From Nemertoderma westbladi (Eukaryota > Animalia > Xenacoelomorpha), in assembly GCA_032718475.1 (NCBI GenBank), contig JAUCBJ010005572.1, positions 3,058 to 67,057 of the forward strand: a stretch of DNA of 64,000 bases, given 5' to 3'. Shown piece by piece: positions 61,787 to 64,000 of the stretch. A program made the position numbers and the translations under genes. Positions within the stretch are counted from its first letter, which is position 1; each line of letters begins with the position of its first letter. The notes under the pieces are model-generated. The model was given only the letters and a program-made list of their open reading frames with translations, was not told the origin of the DNA and ran no database searches.

Positions 61787-62621
61787 TTACTTTGGAATAA
61801 GCCCGCAGAATTTACAAAAACAATCCGTCGAGGAAAGGTCGTGAAATGGGGCCGAGTCCACGCATATCAGATGGTGAAAACCATGGGCGGTTGCCCTGGT
61901 TACAACGTGTCGATTTGATTGGTTTCCACGTTTCCACATTGAACGAGCTAAAAGCTGGGCCTGCAGTGTAGTTTCCATTTACAAAGTTTGTTTGTCGTTC
62001 TGCACGAAACTGACGATATTCTTCGAGAACTACTACTACGACTAGGTCGAGCGAACTCGGACAGTGGAAATGAGATCCTTCCAGGCTTCCCGATTCCCCA
62101 TAGTTGTCGCAATTTCGTTTCTCCCAAGTTCAGTATCCCTTTCAAGTTGATCTATATATGTTATGGCCGGTCGTCCACGACTATGCTTTCCATGAGTTGG
62201 TTGCCAGAAAAGTAGATCTGGTATGACCTCGTCTTTACTTCGCCAGCAGTGCCCACTGAATCTTAATCTGCGTTCACGGAGGGTGGTTGATACAGGTGGT
62301 ATTGTACCATAAAGCTCGGCGTTTGTCATGTGTTGTCTCCAGCTGATGTTTAGGGCTGCCCTTAGTAGTCTTGTGTAGCAACCATCAATTCGTTGTTCAA
62401 GTGATTTAGTCAATGTCCAGGTCTCACCCAGGTCTTCGAGAACAGACTGTTTTAGAATTCCTGGGTGTAGTTCTACAATATCTTCTACTAAGGTGTTGCA
62501 CTTGGTAAGATGGTGAGCCAAGGTAGCTGACGAGTTAGATGGCAGACAAAGGAGGCGTTTGGTATTGGGAGGTATTGGCTCTATATTGAGACTACCAATA
62601 ATTTCCAACTGAGAGAACTCT
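61787..62621 (-). pseudogene. Possible decayed coding remnant (transposon-like, Cys/His-rich end) interrupted by an RTE insertion
   Basis: Removing the RTE restores a continuous frame ...KQSVLEEYRQFRAERQ...; a nearby frame reads FHHLICVDSAPFH...CFCKFC. Family not recognised. Confidence 0.3.
62031..62432 (-). mobile_element. 5'-truncated RTE-like LINE of a second subfamily, with TSD
   Basis: GETWTLTK...IDGCYTRLLRAALNISW...RRLRFSGHCWRS...GRP; (TAG)n tail; 11-bp TSD TCTTCGAGAAC at 62020-62030 and 62433-62443. Confidence 0.9.
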
Positions 62622-63547
62622 CCCAGTGAAAAGTGCGCAAGCGTATCGCAAGCGTGCAACGCAGGCGTATCTCATGTGATTCCCAAGAGTTATGGCCCGA
62701 CCTTTACGCAAGCGATCTACTTGAGTTATGTCACATAAATAGTCGCAACAACTTGCGTTTAAGTCGCATAAAAATCACAACAACTTGCGTTCAGTCGCAT
62801 AAAACTCACATGCGATTCACTTGCGACTTTCAAGCGTCATGACGCATAAATATCGCAAAAATCTACTGGTTGTGATTTTTGTGTAATACATTGAGACCTT
62901 TTGTGACAGAAAATATGATACAGTAGTTGATTATTCCACTACTGTGTGATACTATGGGCTTCCGTATCATCTGCCTACTGTACTTACCTTACATTACTTT
63001 ACATTTCACTCTCTAGACTTAGAACATTAGACATGCTGTATGAATCAATACTAGAAATTGTTGGTTATATAAAGGATAATACAAATAGATTAGAATAACC
63101 ATGATACACTTTTAACTATTCCCTATAATTTTCAATTCTATAAAATAAATTTATATAATCTCCTGAATTCGACAGCCATATTAGATAATTCATATTCATC
63201 AATTTTTTATTTTAAAACTATTTATTTCTTGTTAGGCAACTTTATTTTAATTAATAATCTTTAGTGTAATTAAATTCATGCGATTCGCATGGGAATTAAC
63301 GCATGAGAATATCATGGTGTAAAACATGCGTAAAATAAGCGTTGAATGAGGATGATTCCCATGCTATTTTCACGCACGGAATCACATGCGTAAAATAAGT
63401 TGTGAATTGCATGCGTGGAATCGCTTCCCTATTTTACATGTGAATCACATGCGAATCACAAGAGTTTTATCGCTATATATTGAGCCGCAATAAAAACGCA
63501 TGACGCTTTAAAATCACTTGAGATACGCATGCGCATTTTTCACTGGG
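62622..63547. mobile_element. Non-autonomous DNA transposon, EnSpm/CMC-like termini
   Basis: TIR CCCAGTGAAAAGTGCGCAAGCGTATCGCAAG versus CTTGAGATACGCATGCGCATTTTTCACTGGG; 2-bp flanking duplication CT; subterminal CATGCG/TCGCAT repeats. Confidence 0.78.
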
Positions 63548-63884
63548 CTTTAGCTTTCAGAAGATAATAAATTATAATTCTTGCCAAATTATGTAGGCCC
63601 TTAAGGTATGTGATTTAGACTTAATAGGGAAGATTAACATAATGCATGTAGGTTTGTTTGCTACTGTAGTGCAGTGGTTGATCACTTTTAGTTGTGAATG
63701 GTGTCGACACGGCCTTTCCTTATTGATAGTTTAGTGAATCTATCTGTTCGATTGTTAAACAAACTGATAATTATTGTTGACTCGCATCGTCAATTCCTGT
63801 AGTTCCATAAATCTGTGTCTGGTGTGTCTGGGGGATCTACTAATGGACAATGGAACACCATTTAGAATCCGTCGTTGTTGGTTA

Positions 63885-64000
63885 AGCCCCGTTCACATCC
63901 AACGGTGCGTAAGCCCGTAAGCCCGTAAGCGGTAAAGTAGTCTGGCGGTATTGAAGCGGTAAGCCAGCGGCACACTACCCGGAGCCCATTCACACCCAAC
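63885..64000 (+). mobile_element. Probable left end of a Harbinger-like non-autonomous element (runs off the window)
   Basis: TAA followed by GCCCCGTTCACATCCAAC with an internal repeat GCCCATTCACACCCAAC, resembling the 27122 terminus; the other end is not visible. Confidence 0.4.

Noticed and set aside
62042-62659. 205-aa ORF as a single protein
   Set aside because: It is a chimera: the RTE insertion ends at its TSD (62433-62443) and the start lies within an unrelated TIR element.

Overview
AT-rich, repeat-dense animal (probably invertebrate) genomic DNA; nothing here looks prokaryotic and there is no CRISPR array. There are two intact single-exon host genes: an Rdl/GABA-A-like Cys-loop anion channel (25634-27082, +) and an MFS transporter (45949-47280, -). 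The rest is largely mobile DNA: a GC-rich, decayed Ty3/gypsy element with a 5-bp TSD; a decayed APE-type LINE whose ORF1 joins a SAP-like domain and a Ulp1-type (C48) protease to a coiled-coil/RRM ORF1; several RTE-like LINE fragments, one enclosing a 55-bp satellite inside a single TSD; a Harbinger derivative; MITEs; and two satellites. The most striking objects are two related ~8-kb BEL/Pao-type LTR elements (28090-36155, - and 51565-59501, +). They encode Gag, protease and a hydrophobic tail but no RT, RNase H or integrase, and neither has a tRNA primer-binding site. In each one the 9-10 nt right after the 5' LTR are complementary to the loop of a hairpin at the homologous position inside its own LTR, and both partners differ between the elements in a compensating way. 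This suggests tRNA-independent (self-)priming in a BEL/Pao family. All calls were made by eye without database searches.
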